A stretch of DNA of 53,556 nt from the NCBI GenBank assembly GCA_013288575.1, contig JABDBO010000001.1:91-53646 (forward strand), read 5' to 3'. The DNA is from Alphaproteobacteria bacterium (GTDB lineage Bacteria > Pseudomonadota > Alphaproteobacteria > Rickettsiales > 21-14-0-20-44-7). The notes beneath the pieces were generated by a model. That model searched no databases. It saw only the letters and a program-made list of their open reading frames with translations, and had not been told where the DNA came from. The translations under genes and the position numbers were made by a program. Shown piece by piece: positions 1-8,565 of this stretch (the stretch's first letter is position 1; every line of letters starts with the position of its first letter).

Positions 1-1
1 G

Positions 2-958
2 GCGAAGGGTTTGTTTGATGCAGATCGGAAAAAGAAATTGCCGTTTATGCCCAAACGTATTGGCGTGGTGACATCGCCGACTGGGGCAGTTATCCGCGAT
101 ATTTTGCACAGAATTGGCGAGCGGTTTCCGACTCATGTTTTGGTTTGGCCAGTGCGGGTGCAGGGGGCAACAGCGCATCTGGAAGTGGCAGAAGCGATTA
201 AAGGTTTTAATGAATTGCCGCCCGAATTACGCCCCGAAGTTATGATAGTTGCACGCGGTGGCGGCTCGATTGAAGACTTGTGGTGCTTTAATGAAGAGGC
301 GGTGGTTTTTGCAGTTGCTGAATCAAAAATCCCGATAATTTCGGCAGTCGGACATGAGACGGATACTACATTGATAGATTATGTTTCTGATTTACGCGCG
401 CCAACCCCAACTGCGGCGGCGGAATTTGCGGTGCCGGTTTTGAGTGAGTGGAAATTCACAGTTGCTGAATATAAAAACCGGATGGAGAAGGGTGCGTCAC
501 GTTTGATCGTGCATAAAAATGCGGAAATGACTGGTCTACTTCGTGGCTTGCCGAATTTGAGTGATATATTAGGAAATTACATTCAGCGGTTAGATGACCG
601 CGTTGAACGCTTGCATAATGCGCTGCCCAATTTGGTTTTAAAATATGAAAAGCGGTTGGCGTCATTACAATTGCGGCCAAAAATTTTGCTCAATGATTTA
701 AATAAATTTGCTGAGAAACTAAATGGCTGGTTTGAGCGGCTGGGGAAATCGAGCGCGGTTTTGCTTGATAAAAACCAGCAGAAATTAGTCTCGCTTACCA
801 AGCTTTTTGACAGTTATAATTATAAAAATGTGCTCTCCAGAGGTTTTGCGCTGGTGAAAAATGAAAATGGAAAGTTGATTAAATCTGCAACCGATGCTAA
901 AGGCAGGGTGAAAATTGAATTTGTTGACGGAACAATAGGAGCAAAAACCGATGAATGA
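2..958 (+). CDS. xseA: Exodeoxyribonuclease VII large subunit, C-terminal part (5' end lies outside the window)
   Basis: The frame is open from the window edge. It shows GLFDADRKKKLPFMPKRIGVVTSPTGAVIRDI, ARGGGSIEDLW and GHETD, typical of the XseA catalytic domain followed by a long helical tail. Confidence 0.85.
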   Translation, partial: AKGLFDADRKKKLPFMPKRIGVVTSPTGAVIRDILHRIGERFPTHVLVWPVRVQGATAHLEVAEAIKGFNELPPELRPEVMIVARGGGSIEDLWCFNEEAVVFAVAESKIPIISAVGHETDTTLIDYVSDLRAPTPTAAAEFAVPVLSEWKFTVAEYKNRMEKGASRLIVHKNAEMTGLLRGLPNLSDILGNYIQRLDDRVERLHNALPNLVLKYEKRLASLQLRPKILLNDLNKFAEKLNGWFERLGKSSAVLLDKNQQKLVSLTKLFDSYNYKNVLSRGFALVKNENGKLIKSATDAKGRVKIEFVDGTIGAKTDE

Positions 959-1259
959 CCAAACTGACGAATTAAGCCGCAAAATTGCCAAAGCCAAGCA
1001 AGTGCGCGATGACAGCCCGGAGAATTTGAAATCAACCCATAGTGAAAGTGATGAGGAAATGTCATTTGGCATGCGCGTGGGTGTTGAGCTTTTCGCCGGC
1101 GTGGCGGTTGGGCTTTTAATCGGTTATTTTTTAGATCGCGTCTTCCACACTATCCCATTGTTTCTTATAATTTTCGTGATAGTGGGTGCGGCGGCCGGTT
1201 CATGGAATATTTATAAGCTTGCATTTAAAGATCAATCTGATAAAAAACCCCGCGAATAA
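951..1259 (+). CDS. atpI: ATP synthase protein I (AtpI/AtpZ family small membrane protein)
   Basis: 102 aa, lying directly upstream of atpB. It has a charged N-terminus followed by two hydrophobic helices (VELFAGVAVGLLIGYFL, LFLIIFVIVGAAAGSW). Confidence 0.7.
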   Translation: MNDQTDELSRKIAKAKQVRDDSPENLKSTHSESDEEMSFGMRVGVELFAGVAVGLLIGYFLDRVFHTIPLFLIIFVIVGAAAGSWNIYKLAFKDQSDKKPRE

Positions 1260-1283
1260 ATTCCAATAGATACATAATATATA

Positions 1284-2051
1284 ATGTCAAAGCACGAAAG
1301 CCCACTGCACCAGTTTGAAATCCAGCCTATGCAAAAGTTGGAACTCGGCGGTTATGATATCAGCTTCACCAATTCATCATTAGTTATGGTAATTGCTTTG
1401 GCGGCGGTGTTGGTGTTTTTGATTGCCGGCATGCGCAAAAAAGCGATGGTGCCGGGCCGCTGGCAGGCGATGAGCGAGATGAGCTATAATTTCGTTGCCG
1501 GGTTGATTAAAGAAAATATCGGGCCGGAAGGAAAAGTTTTCTTCCCGCTGATCTTCACGCTTTTCATGTTCATATTATTTGCCAATTTACTCGGTATGTT
1601 TTCATTCGTGCCGCATGGTTATGCAGTGACGAGCCAGATTATTGTTACATTCGCACTCGCAATTGTGGTGTTTCTAACGGTTACTATATATGGCTTCGTA
1701 AAACACGGTTTGCATTTCTTCAGCCTGTTTGCGCCAAGCGGCGTGCCGATGTGGATTATGCCGTTTATCGTGCCAATTGAAATGGTATCATTCCTCGCGC
1801 GCCCGATTTCTCTCTCAATCAGGTTAGCTGCTGCGATGACAGCGGGCCACGTATTGCTCGAAGTTATTGCCGGATTTATCGTTACATTCATTACCGCTCT
1901 CGGCATTGGCTGGGGTTTCGCGGCGGGTGCTTTGCCATTGGGTATGCTCGTGCTGCTCATAGGTTTGGAAATTTTTATCTGCTTCCTGCAGGCCTACATT
2001 TTCGCATTGCTCGCAAGTATTTACTTGCATGATGCGGTGCACTTACACTAA
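1284..2051 (+). CDS. atpB: F0F1 ATP synthase subunit a
   Basis: 255 aa polytopic membrane protein. It carries the conserved Arg helix ARPISLSIRLAAAMTAGH and sits first in the F0 gene order a-c-b'-b. Confidence 0.95.
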   Translation: MSKHESPLHQFEIQPMQKLELGGYDISFTNSSLVMVIALAAVLVFLIAGMRKKAMVPGRWQAMSEMSYNFVAGLIKENIGPEGKVFFPLIFTLFMFILFANLLGMFSFVPHGYAVTSQIIVTFALAIVVFLTVTIYGFVKHGLHFFSLFAPSGVPMWIMPFIVPIEMVSFLARPISLSIRLAAAMTAGHVLLEVIAGFIVTFITALGIGWGFAAGALPLGMLVLLIGLEIFICFLQAYIFALLASIYLHDAVHLH

Positions 2052-2085
2052 TTAAACTCTAACTAACTAAACAAAGGAAACTAAA

Positions 2086-2313
2086 ATGGAACATCTCGAA
2101 GTTATAAAATATATTGGCGCTGGTTTAATGGCTATTGGTCTCGGCGGCGCTGCCGTTGGTATCGGTCTTATCTTTAACGGTGCTGCTGCAGGCGTTGCCC
2201 GCAACCCGGCTGCTCAAGATAAAATTTTCAAAACTGCTCTTATCGGTGCCGTATTTGCGGAGTTGATGGGTCTTTTCGCATTCGTTGGTATCTTCATCCT
2301 TCTCTTCATCTAG
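2086..2313 (+). CDS. atpE: F0F1 ATP synthase subunit c (proteolipid)
   Basis: 75 aa helical hairpin with a Gly-rich helix 1 (GLGGAAVGIGLIF), the loop ARNP, and a carboxylate Glu in helix 2 (AVFAELMGLFAF). An AAGGAA SD lies upstream. Confidence 0.95.
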   Translation: MEHLEVIKYIGAGLMAIGLGGAAVGIGLIFNGAAAGVARNPAAQDKIFKTALIGAVFAELMGLFAFVGIFILLFI

Positions 2314-2332
2314 TTTTTAAGGATAAAGGCTA

Positions 2333-2767
2333 ATGCCGCATTTAGAAGTTCATACATATACAGGGCAGATTTTCTGGTTAGCAGTGTGTTTCATACTGCT
2401 CTACGTCGTGATGTGGAAAGCCGTTCTGCCTGCTATATCTGGTGTTGTTGAAACGCGCGGCAAAGTTATTGCTGATGATCTTGATGCGGCGGAAAGTTTG
2501 AAAAACCAAGCGGAAGCTGTTGAGAAAAAATATGAGACATTGCTGGTGGAAACCCGCGAGCGTGCTCATAAATTAATCGACGAATCTTCGCAGAAAACCC
2601 GTGTAGTGATTGAGAAAAAACGCGCTGAACTTTCAGCCAAGCTTGATGAAAAAGTGGCTAAAGCCGAGCGTGAAATTGCATCAATTGAAAAAGCTTCGAT
2701 TGCGGCGGCTGATAAGGTTTCCGATGAGCTGGCGCAGGCGATAATTACCAAATTGAAGGTGGCGTAA
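2333..2767 (+). CDS. F0F1 ATP synthase subunit b'
   Basis: 144 aa with one N-terminal TM helix followed by a long charged coiled coil. It occupies the first of two tandem b-type genes, as in alphaproteobacteria. Confidence 0.85.
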   Translation: MPHLEVHTYTGQIFWLAVCFILLYVVMWKAVLPAISGVVETRGKVIADDLDAAESLKNQAEAVEKKYETLLVETRERAHKLIDESSQKTRVVIEKKRAELSAKLDEKVAKAEREIASIEKASIAAADKVSDELAQAIITKLKVA

Positions 2768-3261
2768 TGGATAAATTCATTCACAATCCGGCAAGCTGGG
2801 TCGCCATTGCATTTTTGATCTTTGCTTATTTCACCGTGCGTAAACTCTTCCCAAAACTGGGTTCGTCACTTGACAGCTACAGCGCTAAAATTTCCAAAGA
2901 AATTGAAGAAGCTAAAGTTTTAAAAGCAGAAGCTGAGCAGTTATTGTTAACAGCGCAGAAAAAATCAGCCGAAGCTGAGCGTACAGCGAGTGAAATTGTT
3001 GAACGCGCCAAATTTGACGCTAAGTTGATTGCCGATGAAGCGGAAAAAGATATTGAACGCGAAATCGACCGCAAAATGAAGATTGCGGAAGAAAAAATCA
3101 AGAACGCGGAAAGCGCAGCTGTTGAACATGTGCGTAACCGTGCCGTTGAAATTGCCGTAAATGCCGCCACGGAAATTTTGACGAAAGAATTACAAGCCGA
3201 AAAAACCTCGGAGAAACTGGTTGAGAAATCTATACGTCTTATTTCTAGTAACCTTAGTTAG
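2767..3261 (+). CDS. atpF: F0F1 ATP synthase subunit b
   Basis: 164 aa with an N-terminal TM helix and an A/E/K-rich coiled coil. Its start overlaps the stop of the b' gene (TAATG). Confidence 0.85.
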   Translation: MDKFIHNPASWVAIAFLIFAYFTVRKLFPKLGSSLDSYSAKISKEIEEAKVLKAEAEQLLLTAQKKSAEAERTASEIVERAKFDAKLIADEAEKDIEREIDRKMKIAEEKIKNAESAAVEHVRNRAVEIAVNAATEILTKELQAEKTSEKLVEKSIRLISSNLS

Positions 3262-4021
3262 CTTTGTTCCCACACATGCCCGGGCCGGCGCATGGTTGCA
3301 AAATGAAAATGACGGCCAGATAATTACCACCTTCCGATACTACTCTACAGATACATTCTTTACACCTGACGGTAGTAAAACCAAAATTCCCGATTTTTCC
3401 AAAACCGAAATCAACCCATATTTTGAATATGGATTGCGCAACTGGATAACCATTGGCGGTGATCTTGACCTGGCATCGGTCAGCAATGACACTCCACATT
3501 TGAAAGATATCACCGACACCAAAATAAATTCGGGCAGCATTTTTGCGCGGGCCTATTTGTATCATCAGGGAAATTATGTTGTGTCGCTAGAGCCGGGAAT
3601 AGATTTCCCTTCATCAATTGGCAGTGATTTAACCTCGGATGGTAGCAAGCCAATACCCGAACTCAAACTCAATTTCGGCTACGGTTTTGCGATGAACGGC
3701 CGCAACCATTTCTTCGACGCCAGCCTAAAATATCGCAAGCGCAGTGATGGAGGATTAGATGATATGGTAAAAGGCGAGGCGACATTGGGCTACAAACTAA
3801 GCGACGATTTTACCGCGCTAGCACAACTCTCACAGGAAGAAACTCTGGGCCCGGTTGATAAGGGAATTTCGGGCAATTACAATTTAACCAAGCCACAGCT
3901 TTCGGTGCTCTATGATTACAGTAAAAGCTTCTCGCATCAGCTTGGAGTTTTTTCAGATATTTATGGGCAGAATGTGGGTGCGGGATATGGGGTGACTTAT
4001 TCGGTTTGGTATAAGTTTTAA
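3221..4021 (+). CDS. Outer-membrane beta-barrel protein, family uncertain (MipA/OmpV-like or similar)
   Basis: TTG start preceded by a GGAG SD. It has a signal peptide (RNLYVLFLVTLVSFVPTHARA), alternating amphipathic beta-strand pattern and a C-terminal aromatic YKF. The first 41 nt overlap atpF. Confidence 0.6.
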   Translation: MRNLYVLFLVTLVSFVPTHARAGAWLQNENDGQIITTFRYYSTDTFFTPDGSKTKIPDFSKTEINPYFEYGLRNWITIGGDLDLASVSNDTPHLKDITDTKINSGSIFARAYLYHQGNYVVSLEPGIDFPSSIGSDLTSDGSKPIPELKLNFGYGFAMNGRNHFFDASLKYRKRSDGGLDDMVKGEATLGYKLSDDFTALAQLSQEETLGPVDKGISGNYNLTKPQLSVLYDYSKSFSHQLGVFSDIYGQNVGAGYGVTYSVWYKF

Positions 4022-4031
4022 TGTTATTACA

Positions 4032-4061
4032 TTGTCATTCCAGCTTTCGCCGGAATGACAA
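4032..4061. terminator. Stem-loop TTGTCATTCC(A)GC-TTTC-GC(C)GGAATGACAA downstream of the OMP gene
   Basis: I read a 10-bp perfect stem plus 2 further bp after one mismatch. There is no clear T-run, so it may be a REP-like element rather than a canonical terminator. Confidence 0.4.
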
Positions 4062-4137
4062 GAAAAGGAAGAATTTATTTGCAAATAGGAAAAATCACTA
4101 TACAACCTAAAGTTGAAAATATCTCGAGGCATTAACT

Positions 4138-5961
4138 ATGCAGCAGAAAAAAATCGGAGAAATCCTAATTGAGAAAGGCGCTTTAAAGCCAATAGAGTTG
4201 GAAACAGCGCTTGAAATTCAGGCCAAAGATAACTCGATGCTGGGCAAAATTCTGGTGGGTGAAGATTATGTACGCAATTTTGATTTGCATAAAGCAATCG
4301 CCGAAAGATTTGGGCTGGAATTTGTTGATCTTATAAAAACCGCACCCGACCATGAATTATTGAAACTTGAAAATGCCGCCGATTATTTTGCTTCCGAATT
4401 CGTACCATTTCGTCAGGATGAAAATTCAATCACCATTGCTGTAACGAATATAAATGAGAAAATAAAAACCTGGGCTGCAAGTAATTATCCGAACCGGGAA
4501 GTGAAGTTTGTAATTACTTCGCCATATGATATCCGCCATGTTTTGCAGCAGCGCTTCAGCGAACATCACGATGAAGAGGCGCGGCTTTCGTTATGGAAAA
4601 AGCACCCGATTTATTCTGCGCGCCGTCTGTTTGCCAGCTATCGGCCAAATATTATTGTTCTGGCTTTGCTCTCCGCATTCACACTGGCATTTGCTTACTC
4701 ACAAGGTTTCATCTCGATAGTTTTGTTCATGAATTTCCTGTTTTTATCGGCCGTGAGTTTTAAGCTTGGCGTATTTTTACTGGGGCAGGGCAGCGAAAAA
4801 GAGTTGCCTGGCTATGATAAAGAAATTCCGGTTTACACAATATTGCTGCCGCTCTACCGCGAAATGGCGACATTGCCAAAACTGATAAATGCAATAAAGA
4901 AATTGGATTATCCTAAAGCAAAACTTGATGTGAAATTTGTCGTGGAGGCGGATGACCACATCACGATCAATGCGATTAAAAATCAGGCGCCGCCGCAATA
5001 TATGGAAATTATCGCTGTGCCGTTTTCATTGCCGCGCACCAAACCAAAAGCCTGCAATTATGCGTTGAATTTCGCGCGTGGAGAATTTGTGACGATTTAT
5101 GACGCGGAAGATTTGCCGCACCCCAGCCAGCTTAAAACCGTACTGGCAAAATTTGCGGCAAGCGACGCGTGGTTGGCCTGCGTGCAGGCGCGCTTAAATT
5201 ATTATAATTACAATGATAATATTTTAACTCGCTGGTTTGCGCTCGAATATGCGACTTGGTTTGATTCGGTAATGAAAGGCCTGGAACGCGCTAAAATGCC
5301 GATCCCGCTTGGCGGTACCAGCAATCATGTGCGCACAGACGTGCTGAAACAAATCGGCGGTTGGGATGCGTTTAATGTGACTGAGGATGCTGATTTGGGG
5401 CTGCGTTTGGCGCAGGAAGGTTATTGCACCGAAACGGTGGATTCGCTGACTTTGGAAGAGGCGCCGAATAATTTAGGGCTATGGATAAGGCAGCGCACCC
5501 GGTGGATAAAAGGTTTCATGCAAACTTATTTTGTGCACATGCGCGATATCAGAAAATTAAAACGTAATATCGGTTTGGGTGGAATTTTATCATTGCAGTT
5601 TTTAATCGGAATTCCGGTGGTGATTTATCTCACTTCACCAATATTATTAGTAGCAAGTTTGGTACTGGCAACGGGTGAAGACCCGGTAGTTATTTTCCCT
5701 CAGTGGCTCACATTATTTTGCTGGTTCAATTTTTGCTATGGCGTGGCGGCACATATTTTCATGTGCCTGGTTGCATCATTTAAAGCGATAAAACCCAACG
5801 GTGAAAGATTGTTTAAAACGCGGATGATTTTCTCATGCCTGACTTATCAGTTTTATGCGCTGTTATATATTGTCGCCGCTTTCCGTGCACTTTATCAACT
5901 GATTACAGATCCGCATTATTGGGAAAAGACGACGCACGGGCTTGCTAAAACCGGTACTTAA
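4138..5961 (+). CDS. Processive family-2 glycosyltransferase (membrane polysaccharide synthase) with an N-terminal MshEN/T2SSE_N-like domain
   Basis: The N-terminus KIGEILIEKGALKPIELETALEIQ fits the 24-residue MshEN c-di-GMP-binding motif. The GT2 core has YDAEDLP (DxD) and QRTRW (Q(R/Q)xRW). Several TM helices lie before and after the GT domain. Confidence 0.8.
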   Translation: MQQKKIGEILIEKGALKPIELETALEIQAKDNSMLGKILVGEDYVRNFDLHKAIAERFGLEFVDLIKTAPDHELLKLENAADYFASEFVPFRQDENSITIAVTNINEKIKTWAASNYPNREVKFVITSPYDIRHVLQQRFSEHHDEEARLSLWKKHPIYSARRLFASYRPNIIVLALLSAFTLAFAYSQGFISIVLFMNFLFLSAVSFKLGVFLLGQGSEKELPGYDKEIPVYTILLPLYREMATLPKLINAIKKLDYPKAKLDVKFVVEADDHITINAIKNQAPPQYMEIIAVPFSLPRTKPKACNYALNFARGEFVTIYDAEDLPHPSQLKTVLAKFAASDAWLACVQARLNYYNYNDNILTRWFALEYATWFDSVMKGLERAKMPIPLGGTSNHVRTDVLKQIGGWDAFNVTEDADLGLRLAQEGYCTETVDSLTLEEAPNNLGLWIRQRTRWIKGFMQTYFVHMRDIRKLKRNIGLGGILSLQFLIGIPVVIYLTSPILLVASLVLATGEDPVVIFPQWLTLFCWFNFCYGVAAHIFMCLVASFKAIKPNGERLFKTRMIFSCLTYQFYALLYIVAAFRALYQLITDPHYWEKTTHGLAKTGT

Positions 5962-6079
5962 GCACATTTATAGAGGCATCTACTTGAAATTTTTTGTGCT
6001 CGGAACCGTTCATGTATATTTAATACATTCAGACTCCTGTGCTAAAAAATTCCGGCGTATCTGCTCTCTATAAATATGC
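5962..6079. repeat. ~118-nt nested imperfect palindrome (repeat family copy E1)
   Basis: The outer arms are GCACATTTATAGAG / CTCTATAAATATGC and the middle arms are AATTTTTT / AAAAAATT. The central hairpin is ATGTAT-ATTTA-ATACAT. The element is related to copy E2 at 11730-11811. Confidence 0.65.
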
Positions 6080-6105
6080 TTCAGATATTTTAGTGTTTGG
6101 CAGGA

Positions 6106-6966
6106 ATGGCAAAACCTATATATGGTGAGCCTATGATAATTTCCGAATTAATAAAAAGCGCAGCGAAAAAGTTGCAAGATGTTGGCATTGATACTGCGCG
6201 GCTGGACGCAATGTTGTTGTTAGAAACTGCATTGGGAAAAAATCGTTCTTATCTGGTGGCAAACTCAGAAGCTGCAGTTTCGGAAAACGCACAAAAGCAG
6301 TTTGCAATTTTACTAAAACGCAGAATAAATCGTGAGCCGATTTCGCAAATTATCGGAAAAAAAGAATTTTATGGGCGCCAGTTCAAAGTTTCAAAAGATG
6401 TGCTAACCCCACGCCCGGAAACCGAATTTATTATTGAAGTAGCGCTCAAGCTTTTTAATAAAAACAGTGAAATCAATATATTAGACTTAGGAACTGGCAG
6501 TGGTTGCATAATCCTCACATTGCTGGCTGAAATGCCCAATGCTAAGGGTGTGGGAGTGGATAAATCAAAATCCGCGCTTGCTATTGCTGCCAAAAACGCG
6601 TATGATTTAAAAATAGAAAATGTTGAGTTTGTTCATTCTGATTGGTGTAAAAACCTAGAATCTCAACAAAAGTTTCACCTAATAGTTTCAAACCCGCCCT
6701 ACATTCCTAAAACAGAGCAAAAAACTCTGGATGCAGAGTTGGATTTTGAACCGGAAACGGCGCTATTTGGCGGAGATGATGGATTAGATTGCTATAGGCT
6801 AATAGCCAAAGAAATATCTGGTCTGAAGTTTGATTTTGCAATTCTGGAAATTGGAATAAACCAGGAAGGCGAAGTCAAAAAGATATTTGAACAATATCAA
6901 ATAAAACATAAGGAAACATTGGCCGATCTGGCTGGAATTCCGAGAGTTATAGTATTTAATAAATAG
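6106..6966 (+). CDS. prmC: Peptide chain release factor N5-glutamine methyltransferase
   Basis: It carries the SAM motif ILDLGTGSGCI and the catalytic VSNPPYIP (NPPY). The start is uncertain (TTG 6097, ATG 6106 or ATG 6133). Confidence 0.9.
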   Translation: MAKPIYGEPMIISELIKSAAKKLQDVGIDTARLDAMLLLETALGKNRSYLVANSEAAVSENAQKQFAILLKRRINREPISQIIGKKEFYGRQFKVSKDVLTPRPETEFIIEVALKLFNKNSEINILDLGTGSGCIILTLLAEMPNAKGVGVDKSKSALAIAAKNAYDLKIENVEFVHSDWCKNLESQQKFHLIVSNPPYIPKTEQKTLDAELDFEPETALFGGDDGLDCYRLIAKEISGLKFDFAILEIGINQEGEVKKIFEQYQIKHKETLADLAGIPRVIVFNK

Positions 6967-6983
6967 GGTATAAATCAAAAAAT

Positions 6984-7484
6984 ATGCAGCATAACGGCAG
7001 AAGAAATAACAATAATCGCAACAGATTTAAAAATAACAATAACAATAACCGCAGACGTTATAACAATGGCTGTGGCGGAAGTAGCAGTGGGTTTGATGAT
7101 GAATCATCAAATATTAGCGTTCAGCAACGCAAAAACTTTGCTAACAAATATGAGCAATATGTGCAAAAGGCAAAAGACGCACTCCGCAGCGGTGATCGCG
7201 TTGACGCGGAAAATCATTACCAACATGCTGACCATGCTTATCGTATGATGAATTTAGGGTTAACCGGTGGGTTACGCTTTGATGCGGCGAGGATGATTAT
7301 TTCTAATCCTAACCAACAGAGCAACGCTGATTACCAAGAAAATAGTGAAGGTGGCGAGCAAGTTGATAATTCGCCGATGCAAGTAGAAGGTTCTAGCGAC
7401 CAAGCACCTGCATCTGATATTGCAGCACTCCCATTTATGCAGCCGATTGAAACTAATGATCGTGATCCGCGGATTATAGAATAG
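6984..7484 (+). CDS. DUF4167 domain-containing protein
   Basis: N/R-rich N-terminus followed by YEQYVQKAKDALRSGDRVDAENHYQHADHAYRMM, which matches my recollection of the DUF4167 core. It lies downstream of prmC, as is common in alphaproteobacteria. Confidence 0.7.
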   Translation: MQHNGRRNNNNRNRFKNNNNNNRRRYNNGCGGSSSGFDDESSNISVQQRKNFANKYEQYVQKAKDALRSGDRVDAENHYQHADHAYRMMNLGLTGGLRFDAARMIISNPNQQSNADYQENSEGGEQVDNSPMQVEGSSDQAPASDIAALPFMQPIETNDRDPRIIE

Positions 7485-7493
7485 TTTATTATT

Positions 7494-7532
7494 GTTTTCA
7501 AACGAGCACTGCGGGTGCTCGCGTTTGAAAAC
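7494..7532. terminator. Long hairpin between convergent DUF4167 gene and fabH
   Basis: GTTTTCAAACG-AGCAC-tgcgg-GTGCT(cg)-CGTTTGAAAAC, an 11+5 bp stem. Confidence 0.6.
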
Positions 7533-7549
7533 ACCGCCGTGCGCGGCGG
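7527..7549 (-). terminator. Rho-independent terminator of fabH
   Basis: On the minus strand, a CCGCCG-cgca-CGGCGG GC stem is followed by TGTTTTC. Confidence 0.65.
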
Positions 7550-7584
7550 GCTGACGGCTCCGGATTATTGAATATTTTTTGTCT

Positions 7585-8526
7585 CTAACTCCACTTGAGC
7601 AGAACACTGCCCCAGGAGAAGCCGCCGCCGAGTGCGGTTAGCACAATCAAATCATCTTTTTTGAATTTGCTTTGTGCTTCGCAAAGCGCAAGCGGAATTG
7701 AAGCGGCAGAGGTGTTGGCGTGTTTGCTGACCGTTTCGATAACTTTTTCTGGTGCAATGCCGATGCGTTCGGCAATTGCATTCATAATGCGTAAGTTCGC
7801 CTGGTGCGGCACAATCCAGTTCACATCATTAATAGTTTTGCCGTTGCTTGCCAAAATATCGGCAATTCCGCCTGACATTTTTTCCACCGCATGTTTGAAA
7901 ACTTCGCGCCCATTCATTTTCAAAACGCCGATAGATTTCTGGCTAACGCCACCGCTGACGTAAAGCTCATCATAGTGGCTGCCATCGGTGTTGAGTTTGG
8001 TCGAAATAATTCCTGGTTTATCAGAGGCTGAAAGCACAATTGCGCCAGCGCCATCACCGAACAAAACACATGTGCCGCGGTCAGACCAGTCGAGCACGCG
8101 GGTTAAAGTTTCCGCACCAATTACCAATGCAGTTTTAATCTGGCCGAGTTTGATAAAATTATCGGCCGTTGCAACAGCAAAAGCAAAGCCGGCGCAGACT
8201 GCCTGCACATCGAAAGCAAAACCGGATTTAAAACCAAGTTTCTTCTGCACCTGCGCGGCGGTGGCAGGGAAAGTGTTATCTGGGCTGGTGGTGGCAAGGA
8301 TTATGGCATCAACTTCTGCAAGCCCTGCGTTCTTTAGCGCAACTTTGGCAGCCGCCACTGCCAGGTCTGAAGTCAGCTCGCCGTCGGCCGCAATATAGCG
8401 TTGGGTAATGCCGGTGCGCGTGCGTATCCACTCGTCATTTGTGCCAAGCTCTGCCGGCAACTCACTGTTTAATATGCGTTTCTTCGGCAAATAGCTTCCG
8501 CAGCCAATAATTTTTGAATAAGTCAT
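7585..8526 (-). CDS. fabH: 3-oxoacyl-ACP synthase III
   Basis: 313 aa with the active-site Cys context (QAVCAGFAFAV), HQANLRI and GGGFSWG motifs. Confidence 0.95.
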   Translation of the reverse strand: MTYSKIIGCGSYLPKKRILNSELPAELGTNDEWIRTRTGITQRYIAADGELTSDLAVAAAKVALKNAGLAEVDAIILATTSPDNTFPATAAQVQKKLGFKSGFAFDVQAVCAGFAFAVATADNFIKLGQIKTALVIGAETLTRVLDWSDRGTCVLFGDGAGAIVLSASDKPGIISTKLNTDGSHYDELYVSGGVSQKSIGVLKMNGREVFKHAVEKMSGGIADILASNGKTINDVNWIVPHQANLRIMNAIAERIGIAPEKVIETVSKHANTSAASIPLALCEAQSKFKKDDLIVLTALGGGFSWGSVLLKWS

Positions 8527-8565
8527 AGGAGTTGAAAATAAATGTTAAATGTTTAAAGTCAATTT

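Noticed and set aside
6984-7060. AAT/AAC-rich repetitive stretch as a microsatellite or contingency locus
   Set aside because: It is in-frame coding sequence for the Asn/Arg-rich N-terminus of the DUF4167 protein. The codons are mixed and do not form a perfect repeat tract.
7595-8398. Two plus-strand ORFs (122 and 136 aa) opposite fabH
   Set aside because: These are shadow ORFs on the antisense strand of a clearly conserved fabH. Their translations are A/S/T-rich with no motifs.
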